From assembly GCA_964633225.1 (NCBI GenBank), contig CAZWFQ010000004.1, forward strand, positions 13,512-77,511: a stretch of DNA of 64,000 bases, read 5' to 3'. Of the stretch, positions 52,574 to 61,492 are shown one piece after another (the first letter of the stretch is position 1; each line of letters opens with the position of its first letter). The translations under genes and the position numbers were made by a program. The notes under the pieces were generated by a model. The model was not told where the DNA came from. It made no database searches and saw only the letters and a list, made by a program, of their open reading frames with translations. This DNA is from an uncultured Anaerolineaceae bacterium. Lineage in GTDB: Bacteria; Chloroflexota; Anaerolineae; Anaerolineales; UBA4823.

Positions 52574-53619
52574 AACTCCTCCCGCAATCCGATGAACGAA
52601 TGATAACGCCGCACGCTGACCAGCCCCTCGTTGACCGCCTTTCGGATGGCACAGCCCGGCTCCTCCAGGTGCTGGCAGTCCAGACCAAAACGGCAGCGTC
52701 CAACCAGCGGGCGGATCTCAGGGAATAGCATACCCAGGTCATCGGGATGCACATCCCACAAGCCAAACTCTCGCATGCCCGGCGTATCCACAATCGCGCC
52801 GCCAAAGGGCAGATCAAACATCTCGAGGTGCGAGGTGGTGTGACGGCCTTTGCCGGTTGCCTGGCTGACCGCGCTGACACGCAGCCCCAGGCCCGGCTCT
52901 AAGGCATTCATCAGCGAGGTCTTGCCCACCCCCGACTTGCCCACCAGCACAGAAACCCGCCCTGCCAAAGCCTGGCGCAAGGCATCCAGGCCCTGCCCCG
53001 TAACTGAGCTTAGCAGCAGAGACTGGTAACCAAGCTGATCATACGCTTCCAATGCCTCTGCAATTTCTGGCTTCAGCAGGCCGTTTTGATCCTGCACCAG
53101 GTCGATCTTGGTCAGCACGATCAACACCGGTATGCCCGAGGCCTCTGCTGAAACCAGGTAACGGTCCAGCAAGTTCCATTTTGGTGCCGGATCAGCCGCC
53201 GCCAGCACCGCTAACACCTGGTCGGCATTGGCCACGATGGTCTGCTCGAAAGGATGCGCCCCCGGCATGGGAGAACGGCGCCTCAGATGCGTCCGGCGCG
53301 GCAGCACTTCAACGATCATGCCCCGGTCGTCCCCAGCTTCCACATAGCGCACCTGGTCGCCGATAGCGACCGGATCGCTGTGATCGAGCTCTTTGACTGC
53401 CTGCACCACCTGCCGCCGAGAATTTGGGTCGGCTGTGGGATAGATCAACAGCTTATGCAATTTATTCGAGAGCGTGCAGACAAGCACGCGCTCTTGTGCA
53501 TGGACATGATAATGTCCAATTGTCTTTTTATACACCACTCCGCGGCCAGAGCCATCCTGGTCTGCCTTAAACAGGTCAAGATGGTTGCAAAGGTCAGTGT
53601 GGTCAAACATGCTACTCAC
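52570..53619 (-). CDS. rsgA: ribosome small-subunit-dependent GTPase A
   Basis: Circularly permuted GTPase: 'VLTKIDL' precedes 'GKSGVGKTSLMNAL' and 'DTPG'. C-terminal zinc motif 'CRFGLDCQHLEEPGC'. The start is uncertain (GTG 53619, ATG 53610 or TTG 53649). Confidence 0.9.
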   Translation of the reverse strand: MSSMFDHTDLCNHLDLFKADQDGSGRGVVYKKTIGHYHVHAQERVLVCTLSNKLHKLLIYPTADPNSRRQVVQAVKELDHSDPVAIGDQVRYVEAGDDRGMIVEVLPRRTHLRRRSPMPGAHPFEQTIVANADQVLAVLAAADPAPKWNLLDRYLVSAEASGIPVLIVLTKIDLVQDQNGLLKPEIAEALEAYDQLGYQSLLLSSVTGQGLDALRQALAGRVSVLVGKSGVGKTSLMNALEPGLGLRVSAVSQATGKGRHTTSHLEMFDLPFGGAIVDTPGMREFGLWDVHPDDLGMLFPEIRPLVGRCRFGLDCQHLEEPGCAIRKAVNEGLVSVRRYHSFIGLREEL

Positions 53620-53688
53620 GGCGAGTATTTCCTCTCTGGCCTGGGGCAAACCGGTGCGTCGTAACGATTTCGGCTGCTACCCAGGCAT

Positions 53689-53728
53689 CAAAACAAAAGC
53701 CAGCCTCGGGACATTCCCGTGGCTGGCT
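53689..53728 (-). terminator. intrinsic terminator (minus strand) just upstream of rsgA
   Basis: Minus strand: AGCCAGCC-N15-GGCUGGCU followed by UUUUGUUUUG. Confidence 0.7.
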
Positions 53729-53773
53729 ACATATCAAACGATTTTCTGGCGCGCGCCGCAGCGCGCAGCCTGA

Positions 53774-53813
53774 CAAAAACAAAAAGCCACGGGGCATGGC
53801 GCGCACCCGTGAC
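53774..53813 (-). terminator. intrinsic terminator (minus strand) after the small ORF
   Basis: Minus strand: GUCACGGG-N12-CCCGUGGC followed by UUUUUGUUUUUG. Confidence 0.7.
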
Positions 53814-53842
53814 CGCATATCTTTATCCGTTAGAGGAAAGAA

Positions 53843-53905
53843 CTATGCCGCGATCAACCGGCGCGTCCATGCGCAGGAAACAGGGGAAAATTTGACTTGA
53901 GCCAT
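53843..53905 (-). CDS. candidate 20-aa small ORF (MAQVKFSPVSCAWTRRLIAA)
   Basis: AAAGGAGG lies 8 nt upstream of the ATG. The ORF has its own TTGACG-N17-TAAACT promoter upstream and a terminator about 30 nt downstream. No homology is assessable by eye. Confidence 0.35.
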   Translation of the reverse strand: MAQVKFSPVSCAWTRRLIAA

Positions 53906-53948
53906 TAAACGCGCCTCCTTTCATGAGAATGAGATTAACAACAGGCAA

Positions 53949-53977
53949 AGTTTATCAGAAGGATTTCAATTCGTCAA
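53949..53977 (-). promoter_or_regulatory. sigma70-like promoter for the small-ORF transcript
   Basis: Minus strand: TTGACG-N17-TAAACT. Confidence 0.5.
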
Positions 53978-54077
53978 GAAAGAAATCTGAACAACCCCGC
54001 TCCCAGGCGCCGTGTGGTGTTCAAGCCTTGGGACCGGCGAGGCTTATAAGAAAGCTATTAGATTTGCCTTCCCTGCC

Positions 54078-54106
54078 TTGACAAGTCTGATTTCTACCAG
54101 TATCAT
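54078..54106 (+). promoter_or_regulatory. sigma70-like promoter for sodN
   Basis: TTGACA-N17-TATCAT, about 55 nt upstream of the sodN ATG. SD AAAGGAG lies before the ATG. Confidence 0.6.
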
Positions 54107-54160
54107 TCTTAACAATAACTGGACAAAATCACACCAATTTTCCAAACAAAGGAGCATACC

Positions 54161-54661
54161 ATGATCCATAAACTGCTTACTGCCGTTGACCAGACCTTCG
54201 GCATCGAGCGCGCCAGCGCCCACTGTGATATCCCCTGCGGCATTTACGATCCTATCATTGCCCAGATCAGCGCCCTGACCGTCGTGCGCATGCTCGACTT
54301 GATGACAGACCTGGAGAACAAGGGTGGCGAAAAAGGCAAAGACTACATTAACAGTATGTCTCGCTACGTCACCGTCAAAGAAGAACACGCCGAAAAGGCC
54401 AAAGCCGAGATCCGCATCATCTGGGGCGACTTCCTCAAAGCCCAGCATCTCGAAAAGCACCCCGAAACCCATGACCTGGTACACAAGATCATGCAGCTCG
54501 GCTCGAAGGTGCGCCAGACCACAGACCGCGAAACCGCCGTGCAGTTTGTCGAGGCCATCAACGAGTTTGCCCAGATCTTCTGGGAAGCCAAGGGCATTGC
54601 CACCAAGCGCGCCAAAGCCCCCTACGCCCCGGCCCTGGAGCTGGTTTACCCGGCCCTATAA
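54161..54661 (+). CDS. sodN: nickel-containing superoxide dismutase precursor
   Basis: Ni-hook 'HCDIPCGIYDP', preceded by a 20-aa propeptide ending '...ERASA'. Four-helix-bundle-length protein. Confidence 0.9.
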   Translation: MIHKLLTAVDQTFGIERASAHCDIPCGIYDPIIAQISALTVVRMLDLMTDLENKGGEKGKDYINSMSRYVTVKEEHAEKAKAEIRIIWGDFLKAQHLEKHPETHDLVHKIMQLGSKVRQTTDRETAVQFVEAINEFAQIFWEAKGIATKRAKAPYAPALELVYPAL

Positions 54662-54969
54662 TGTTCAAGCTGCTCAAGGTCACTGGCCAAAGCCTGGAAC
54701 CTGAGTACAATGGAGGGGATTTTGTTCTGGTGAGCAAAATCCCCTTTTTGCTTACCTCCCTGCGCCCTGGCAACGTGCTGGCCTTCCGCCAGCCGGGCTA
54801 TGGCACCTTGCTCAAACGCCTGGAGCGGATTGAGCCTGACGGCAGCCTGTACGTCTTGGGCACCCATCCCGCCAGCGTAGACAGCCGCCACTTTGGTCCC
54901 GTTCGCCGGCAAGATGTGGTGGGCAAGGTTGTCCTGCATGTGCGCCGCCCAGCCGCCGCTCATCGTTAA
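54661..54969 (+). CDS. sodX: S26-family peptidase, NiSOD maturation protease SodX-like
   Basis: 'VTGQSLEPEY' (Ser nucleophile motif GxSMxP-like) and 'LLKRL' (general-base Lys). Start overlaps the sodN stop (TAATG). Confidence 0.8.
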   Translation: MFKLLKVTGQSLEPEYNGGDFVLVSKIPFLLTSLRPGNVLAFRQPGYGTLLKRLERIEPDGSLYVLGTHPASVDSRHFGPVRRQDVVGKVVLHVRRPAAAHR

Positions 54970-54975
54970 TATTCC

Positions 54976-55914
54976 ATGCCCTCCCAACGCCCCCTCGTCC
55001 CGCCCGGCCTGGCCATCTTCTTCGGCATCCTGGCTGTTTCCACCGCCTCCATTTTTATTCGCTTCGCCCAACAAGAGGCCCCATCACTGGTAATTGCCGC
55101 CTGGCGGCTGAGCCTGGCGGCGCTGGTGCTGGCCCCGCTGGCCCTGGCGCGCCACCACCAAGAACTGCGGGCACTGACGCGCCGAGAGCTCGGGCTGGCT
55201 CTGCTCTCTGGGATTTTTCTCGCCATCCACTTTGCCACCTGGATCAGCTCCCTGGAATACACCTCAGTTGCCAGCTCAGTGGTCCTGGTCAGCACCACCC
55301 CGTTGTGGGTGGCGATCATCGCCCCCTTCACGCTCAAAGAGCGTTCCGGGCGTTGGGTCATCTTGGGCCTGGTCCTGTCCTTAAGCGGCGGCCTGGTGGT
55401 TGGCTTGAGCGACGCCTGCCAGTGGAGCGCCACTGGCCTGGCCTGCCCGCCCCTGGCCAGCTTTGTGCAGGGCAAAGCCTTCTTGGGCGACCTGCTGGCT
55501 GTGGCCGGGGCAGTGGCCGGTGCCAGCTACTTGCTCATCGGCCGGCGGCTGCGCAGCTTGCGCAACCCGCCCCTCTCGCTGGTGGGCTACATCTTTGTGG
55601 TCTATGGCATGGCCGCCCTGGTGTTGCTCGGCATCATGCTGGCGGCCGGGCTCAGCCCCTTTGGCTATTCTGGGCCCACCTATCTATGGTTCGCCCTGCT
55701 GGCCTTTGTGCCGCAGTTGATCGGCCATTCCACCTTCAATTGGGCCTTGGGCTATCTCTCGGCCGCCTATGTATCCATTACCTTGCTGGGCGAGCCAATC
55801 GGCTCCACCATCCTGGCCTATCTGCTGCTGCAAGAGAGTCCCTCGGGGCTCAAGATCTTGGGGGCGGTGCTCATCCTGACCGGCATCTACATTGCTTCGC
55901 GCGGGCAAAAATAG
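54976..55914 (+). CDS. EamA/DMT family transporter
   Basis: 10 TM segments in two EamA-like halves. 312 aa. Confidence 0.85.
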   Translation: MPSQRPLVPPGLAIFFGILAVSTASIFIRFAQQEAPSLVIAAWRLSLAALVLAPLALARHHQELRALTRRELGLALLSGIFLAIHFATWISSLEYTSVASSVVLVSTTPLWVAIIAPFTLKERSGRWVILGLVLSLSGGLVVGLSDACQWSATGLACPPLASFVQGKAFLGDLLAVAGAVAGASYLLIGRRLRSLRNPPLSLVGYIFVVYGMAALVLLGIMLAAGLSPFGYSGPTYLWFALLAFVPQLIGHSTFNWALGYLSAAYVSITLLGEPIGSTILAYLLLQESPSGLKILGAVLILTGIYIASRGQK

Positions 55915-55993
55915 AATCTCCCCCTCCCGATATGCTGGTAGAATAACTTCTAACCCCATTCTTTGTACGCTTCCAATCAACAAAGGAGCCCAA

Positions 55994-56551
55994 ATGCCCA
56001 ATATCGGAGTGAACGTTGCCGCCATCCAAGAGGACAAGATCCTGCTTACCCTGCGCAGCGATTTTGAGGTCTGGTGTTTGCCTGGCGGCGGCGTGGATGC
56101 CAATGAAAGCCTGGCCCAGGCTGCTCTGCGTGAGCTGAGCGAAGAGACCGGCCTGGAAGCCCGTCTTTTACACCTGGTGGGCCTGTATTCACGGCGCGAC
56201 TGGCTGAGCTGCGGCCTGCACGTGGCTGTCTTTTCGGGCCAGGTGACCGGTGGCACCCTACGCGCCCAACCCGAAGAAGTGCTCGAGATGCGCTTTTTTG
56301 GGCGCCACGAGCTGCCCGAGGCCATGCTGCTCGGCCACCGCCAGCGCTGCCTGGATGCCTTTGACGGCGTGTGCGGCGCGGTTTGGGCGCAAGATGGCGA
56401 CTGGCCCTTCCCCGCCGGGATGGACCGCCAGGAATTGTACGCCCGCATGACCCAATCGGGCCTTCCACCCGCCGAATTCTACCGCCGCTACGTTGGCAAG
56501 CCTGCCCCTGGCGGCGCCGCCCTGGAAGTGGCCGGGATAGAGAAGAAATAA
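55994..56551 (+). CDS. NUDIX hydrolase
   Basis: Nudix box 'GGGVDANESLAQAALRELSEETG'. Start taken at 'MPNIGVNVAAI'. Confidence 0.85.
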   Translation: MPNIGVNVAAIQEDKILLTLRSDFEVWCLPGGGVDANESLAQAALRELSEETGLEARLLHLVGLYSRRDWLSCGLHVAVFSGQVTGGTLRAQPEEVLEMRFFGRHELPEAMLLGHRQRCLDAFDGVCGAVWAQDGDWPFPAGMDRQELYARMTQSGLPPAEFYRRYVGKPAPGGAALEVAGIEKK

Positions 56552-56686
56552 AGCTCCGCTGGCAACCTGGCCCGGCCTGGTTTTCAGTTGACTGCAACCC
56601 GATTCTATGCTATTCTCACTTTCGTGAGCCCTTCCAAAGTCCCCCCTCCCCCTCAAGCATCTGAGCGCTCCTGGATCGAAATCTTA

Positions 56687-58936
56687 ATGGATCTGGGGGC
56701 GCGTTTCCAACGTTTCACGTGGGATGTTGCCGGCGTGGTACTGCTGGCCGTGGCGTTGATGACCCTCTTGACCATCATCTTGCCAGAGCTGACCGGCGGC
56801 GTGCTGCTGCAAGCCTGGGGCGGGCTCTTGCGCCGCGGGCTGGGCTGGGGCATCATCCTGGTCATCCTCGCCAGCGCTATTGCCGGGCTGATGATGCTGC
56901 GCTTGCGCGTCCAAGAACGCCAGGCCGTGCCAGGCACTGCACTGCCCGGCACACGTTGGGGCCGCATCATCGCCCTCGAAGCCGCCGCCTTCGCCGGCCT
57001 GGCCATGCTGACGGTGATCAACAACGCTTCCAACGAGGCCAAGCTGCTGCGCACCGCCGCCGAGGCCAACATGTCTGTAACCATTGGGCCTGTGCGCCAA
57101 ATGGCTTCGCAGATGTCTGTGGCGCGCGCCGAGCAAGGGCTGGATGGCGGTCTGGTTGGCTGGGGTTTGGCCGAGTTGATGCGCCTGGTACTCTCTCGCC
57201 TGGGGCTAGGCCACCCCTTCTGGTCCATGATCCTCCTGATTGGCGCCATTGCGCTGTTCTTGATCTATGGCTTTGGCCTGGTTGGGCCCATCCGGCGCAA
57301 GCTGCGCCAATGGGCCGCTGAGCCCTCCGTCACCGTAGAGCACGAGCCGGCAGTCATCTTAGGCGATGTCCCCGATGATGCCATTGCGCCGCCGGCGGCC
57401 AGAGCGGCCCGCCGCCGCGAGCCCCTGCCCCCGCAGTATCGCAAGAAATTCCAACTTCCCCGCTCTGAAGAAAAGAACACCCCCCCACCCGAACGCGCCG
57501 AGCACCTGCCCCCGCTCGATTTGCTGGTGCATGAGCAGTCCGCTCGCCCAGATGAGCGCAGCATCAACCAAACCGCCGGCATGATCGAGAAGACCCTGGC
57601 CGAATTTGGCATCCCGGCCAAGGTGGTTGGCTTCCGCATTGGCCCAACCGTCACCCAATTTGCCATTGAGCCCGGCTTCTTAAAGAATGGCGAAGAGGAA
57701 GACGTACAAAAGCAAAAGGTCCGCGTGGCCCAGATCGCCGGCCTGCGCCGCGACCTGGCCCTGGCCCTGGCAGCCGAGCGCTTGCGCATCGAAGCCCCCG
57801 TGCCCGGTCGGCCTTACATCGGCATTGAGGTGCCCAACAGCCGCACCACCGTAGTGCGCCTGCGCCCGGTGCTCGAGTCCGAAGCCTTTTATAAGGTCGG
57901 CTCTCCCCTCACCATTGCCCTTGGGCGGGATGTATCGGGGCAGGCCATGGTTGGCGACCTGGGCAAGATGCCTCACCTGCTGATTGCCGGCACCACTGGC
58001 TCTGGCAAATCGGTTTGTATTGCCGCACTGACGGCCTGCCTGGTGATGAACAATACCCCCGATGATCTGCGCCTGGTGATGATCGACCCTAAGATGGTTG
58101 AGCTGGTGCGCTTCAACGGCCTGCCCCACCTCTACGGCAAGGTTGAGACCGATATTCAGCGCATCCTGGGCGTGATACGCTGGGTGGTGGTGGAGATGGA
58201 ACGCCGCTATAAACTGCTTGAAGAACTCCACGCTCGCGACCTGGATGGATACAATCGCAAAGCCCGCCGCACCAAGGGCAAAGAGCCCCTGCCGCGCCTG
58301 GTGGTGATGATCGACGAGCTGGCCGACTTGATGATGTCTGCACCCGACCAGACCGAACACACCCTCATCCGCCTGGCGCAAATGGCGCGCGCCACCGGCA
58401 TCCACCTGGTGGTGGCTACCCAGCGCCCCAGCACCGACGTGGTCACCGGCCTGATCAAGGCCAACTTCCCTGCTCGCATTGCTTTTGCGGTGGCATCTTC
58501 GGTTGACTCGCGCGTCATCCTGGATGTCAACGGCGCCGAATCGCTGCTTGGGCATGGTGATATGCTCTTCCTGCCGCCTGAAGCTCCCGCCCCCATGCGC
58601 GTCCAGGGGGTGATGGTTTCAGACCAGGAAGTAGAGAAAGTGATCACCTACTGGCAGCGCACCCATCCCAAAGACCCCAACGCCCCATCTCCCTGGGAAG
58701 CATTCCTGGAAGAACAAGCCACCCTGGCTGAACGGGACGACCTGGTGAGCAAGGCCATTGAGATGGTGCGCGGCACCCAGCGCGCCAGTGCTTCGCTCTT
58801 GCAGCGCCGCCTGCGCATTGGCTATCCGCGTGCCGCCCGCTTAATGGATGAGCTGGAACAATTGGGCGTAGTAGGCCCCTCCCAGGGCGGCGGGCGCGAG
58901 CGGGATGTGCTCATCGGCGACGATGACGAAATGTAA
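56687..58936 (+). CDS. ftsK: DNA translocase FtsK
   Basis: N-terminal TM segments, a Pro/charged linker, the motor domain ('HLLIAGTTGSGKSV', 'LVVMIDELADLM', 'GIHLVVATQRPS') and the gamma wHTH ('ASASLLQRRLRIGYPRAARLMDELE'). Start is uncertain (56588-56687). Confidence 0.95.
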   Translation: MDLGARFQRFTWDVAGVVLLAVALMTLLTIILPELTGGVLLQAWGGLLRRGLGWGIILVILASAIAGLMMLRLRVQERQAVPGTALPGTRWGRIIALEAAAFAGLAMLTVINNASNEAKLLRTAAEANMSVTIGPVRQMASQMSVARAEQGLDGGLVGWGLAELMRLVLSRLGLGHPFWSMILLIGAIALFLIYGFGLVGPIRRKLRQWAAEPSVTVEHEPAVILGDVPDDAIAPPAARAARRREPLPPQYRKKFQLPRSEEKNTPPPERAEHLPPLDLLVHEQSARPDERSINQTAGMIEKTLAEFGIPAKVVGFRIGPTVTQFAIEPGFLKNGEEEDVQKQKVRVAQIAGLRRDLALALAAERLRIEAPVPGRPYIGIEVPNSRTTVVRLRPVLESEAFYKVGSPLTIALGRDVSGQAMVGDLGKMPHLLIAGTTGSGKSVCIAALTACLVMNNTPDDLRLVMIDPKMVELVRFNGLPHLYGKVETDIQRILGVIRWVVVEMERRYKLLEELHARDLDGYNRKARRTKGKEPLPRLVVMIDELADLMMSAPDQTEHTLIRLAQMARATGIHLVVATQRPSTDVVTGLIKANFPARIAFAVASSVDSRVILDVNGAESLLGHGDMLFLPPEAPAPMRVQGVMVSDQEVEKVITYWQRTHPKDPNAPSPWEAFLEEQATLAERDDLVSKAIEMVRGTQRASASLLQRRLRIGYPRAARLMDELEQLGVVGPSQGGGRERDVLIGDDDEM

Positions 58937-59017
58937 ACCCCTTCTTGACATTCGCCCTTCCTTGCGATAGCATACTTCAATTACAAAAACCCTACTGGAA
59001 AGGTAGACTTTTTAACT

Positions 59018-59641
59018 GTGGAGAAAGCCGTAGAGAAAAAACCGACCATCACCCTCACTGACCGCGTCCGCGTAATTTTCAAAGGCGTCGTTGATCCAAT
59101 TGCAGGCTTCTTTAACCGCCTGGGGATCATGCCCAATACCATTACCATTTTGGGATTGGTGGGGAACACCATTGGCGCTTATTTTATTGCCACCGGCAGC
59201 ATGACCGTTGGCGGCATCATTGTGCTGGTTATGGGCGCCTTCGACACCCTGGATGGCAGCATGGCCCGCTTGCGCGGCATGCCAACCGATTTCGGCGCCT
59301 TCATCGACTCGGTCACTGACCGTTACTCTGAGCTGGTCATCTTCGGCGGGCTGCTTTACTACTACATTCAACAGGCCAACTGGCTGATGGCCCTGGCCAC
59401 TTACCTGGCAGCTTGTGGTTCGGTACTGGTCTCGTATATTCGGGCTCGCGCGGCTTCGTTGAGCATGGATACCAAAGTCGGCATTCTCTCACGTTTTGAG
59501 CGCTTCATTGTACTGGCACCTTCCCTGGTATTCAACATTCCCTGGTTGGGCGTTTCGATCATTGCCTTGCTGGCCAACGTCACCGCCATCCAACGCATCT
59601 TAGATGTGCGCCGCCAGGCCCACGCCCGCAACCAAATCTAA
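59018..59641 (+). CDS. CDP-alcohol phosphatidyltransferase family protein
   Basis: 'DTLDGSMARL...FGAFIDSVTDRYSE' is the D(x)2DG(x)2AR...G(x)3D(x)3D motif. GTG start. Confidence 0.9.
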   Translation: MEKAVEKKPTITLTDRVRVIFKGVVDPIAGFFNRLGIMPNTITILGLVGNTIGAYFIATGSMTVGGIIVLVMGAFDTLDGSMARLRGMPTDFGAFIDSVTDRYSELVIFGGLLYYYIQQANWLMALATYLAACGSVLVSYIRARAASLSMDTKVGILSRFERFIVLAPSLVFNIPWLGVSIIALLANVTAIQRILDVRRQAHARNQI

Positions 59642-59658
59642 TTTTCAAGAGGTTTGCT

Positions 59659-60492
59659 ATGCCCATTGGCTTCCATATTGGACCCTTATTCATCCGCTAC
59701 TACGGCATCATCCTGATGCTGGGCGCCGTGGCGGCAGCCTTCCTGGCAGAACGCCTGGCCCGCCGCCGTAAGTTGAACAGTGATTTTGTCTGGGATGCCC
59801 TGATCTGGGTGCTGATCGGCGGCATTGTGGGGGCGCGCCTGTGGCACGTCTTCACCGTCCCGCCATCCATGCAGGCCATCGGGATCACCACCGAATACTA
59901 CCTGACCCACCCCCTAGACCTGATCAACACCACCAAAGGCGGGCTGGGTATCCCCGGGGCAGTCCTCGGCGGCGGGTTGGCCCTTTACCTCTATTCTCGC
60001 CGCAAAAAGACCTCCTTCTTGATGTGGGCCGACATCGCCGCTCCGACGGTTGCTTTAGGCCAGGCCATCGGTCGCTGGGGCAACTTTATCAACCAAGAAG
60101 TGTACGGCAAACCCACCGACCTGCCCTGGGCCATCACCATCCAGCCCCAATACCGCCTGCCCGAATTTTGGGATGTAGAAAAATACCATCCCCTGTTCCT
60201 GTATGAATCGCTGTGGAACTTTGCCAACATGGGTCTCTTGCTGTGGCTTGGCAAGAAGTACCCTGACCGCCTGAAAGAAGGCGATTTATTCCTGCTTTAC
60301 CTGGTGGGCTACCCTATCGGGCGCTTTTTCTTGGAATTCTTACGCCTGGATTCGCCCATGATCGGCACCATCAATACCAACCAGACCATCATGCTGATCG
60401 TCGCCCTCGTATCGGCTGGGTTATTGTTCTGGAGGCACCGCCCCGGGCAAAACCCCCTAAGCACGCCGCCGGCGGAAGACCCCGCAGCTTAA
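59659..60492 (+). CDS. lgt: prolipoprotein diacylglyceryl transferase
   Basis: 'IRYYGIILMLG', 'GRWGNFINQEVYGKPT' and 'HPLFLYESLWN' Lgt signatures. Confidence 0.95.
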   Translation: MPIGFHIGPLFIRYYGIILMLGAVAAAFLAERLARRRKLNSDFVWDALIWVLIGGIVGARLWHVFTVPPSMQAIGITTEYYLTHPLDLINTTKGGLGIPGAVLGGGLALYLYSRRKKTSFLMWADIAAPTVALGQAIGRWGNFINQEVYGKPTDLPWAITIQPQYRLPEFWDVEKYHPLFLYESLWNFANMGLLLWLGKKYPDRLKEGDLFLLYLVGYPIGRFFLEFLRLDSPMIGTINTNQTIMLIVALVSAGLLFWRHRPGQNPLSTPPAEDPAA

Positions 60493-60493
60493 T

Positions 60494-61492
60494 ATGATCG
60501 AGACCCATGAGCTGGTCAAAAAGTTCGAGGATTTCCTGGCGGTTGACCAGGTTAGCCTGAATATTCCGACCGGAGAGGTCCTGGCGCTCCTCGGCCCAAA
60601 CGGCGCCGGCAAAACTACCACCGTCCGCATGTTGACCTCCGTACTGCGCCCCACCAGCGGTTGGGCGCGCGTGGCTGGCTATGATGTGGCGACCCAGGCC
60701 GAAGAGGTGCGCGCCTCAGTCGGGGTACTCACCGAGCAGCACGGCTTGTATGGGCGCATGCCCGCCGATGATTACCTGGATTTCTTTGGTCAGATCTACC
60801 GCATGCCCGCCGCGCTTCGCCGTAAGCGCGGCGGTGAGCTTTTAGAACAGTTCGGCCTGGCTAACGACCGCAAGCGCAAGATCGGCCAATATTCCAAAGG
60901 CATGCGCCAAAAACTGGCCCTGGCACGTTCTTTGCTGCACGATCCTCCCGTGCTGCTGCTAGACGAGCCCACCTCAGCCATGGACCCCGAGAGCGCCCGC
61001 CTGGTGCGAGATGCCATTCACAGCTTGCGCTCTGCCAAGCGCACGATCATCATTTGCACACACAACCTGCCCGAAGCAGAAGAGCTTGCCGATCAGATCG
61101 CCATCATCCGCCGCGGCCGCATCATCGTCCGCGGCACCCCCACCGTGCTGAAAGAAGCCTTGCTCGGCCCAGCCGAATACCAGGTGCAGTTCGCCGCACC
61201 CTTGACCGACAGCTCGCCAGAACTGCCCGCCCACCTGAAGATCCACAGCCGCGGCCCCGATTGGCTGCGTTTCTATCCGCTCGATCCCTTGCAAGATAAC
61301 CCGGCTGTCATCCGTCACCTGGTGGGGCAGGGCCTGCCCGTGCTGGGCCTGACCGAGGTGCAGCGCAGCCTGGAGCACGTTTACCTGCAAGCCATTAACG
61401 CCCCCGACGGGGCCGATATCATGAACATGAGAAATGCAGCCCGCAATGATGCGGTCACCCCCCAAGACACAGAGGCCGCCTATGCGGGATAA
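60494..61492 (+). CDS. ABC transporter ATP-binding protein
   Basis: 'GPNGAGKTT', 'YSKGMRQKLALA', 'LLLDEPTSAMD'. Confidence 0.95.
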   Translation: MIETHELVKKFEDFLAVDQVSLNIPTGEVLALLGPNGAGKTTTVRMLTSVLRPTSGWARVAGYDVATQAEEVRASVGVLTEQHGLYGRMPADDYLDFFGQIYRMPAALRRKRGGELLEQFGLANDRKRKIGQYSKGMRQKLALARSLLHDPPVLLLDEPTSAMDPESARLVRDAIHSLRSAKRTIIICTHNLPEAEELADQIAIIRRGRIIVRGTPTVLKEALLGPAEYQVQFAAPLTDSSPELPAHLKIHSRGPDWLRFYPLDPLQDNPAVIRHLVGQGLPVLGLTEVQRSLEHVYLQAINAPDGADIMNMRNAARNDAVTPQDTEAAYAG

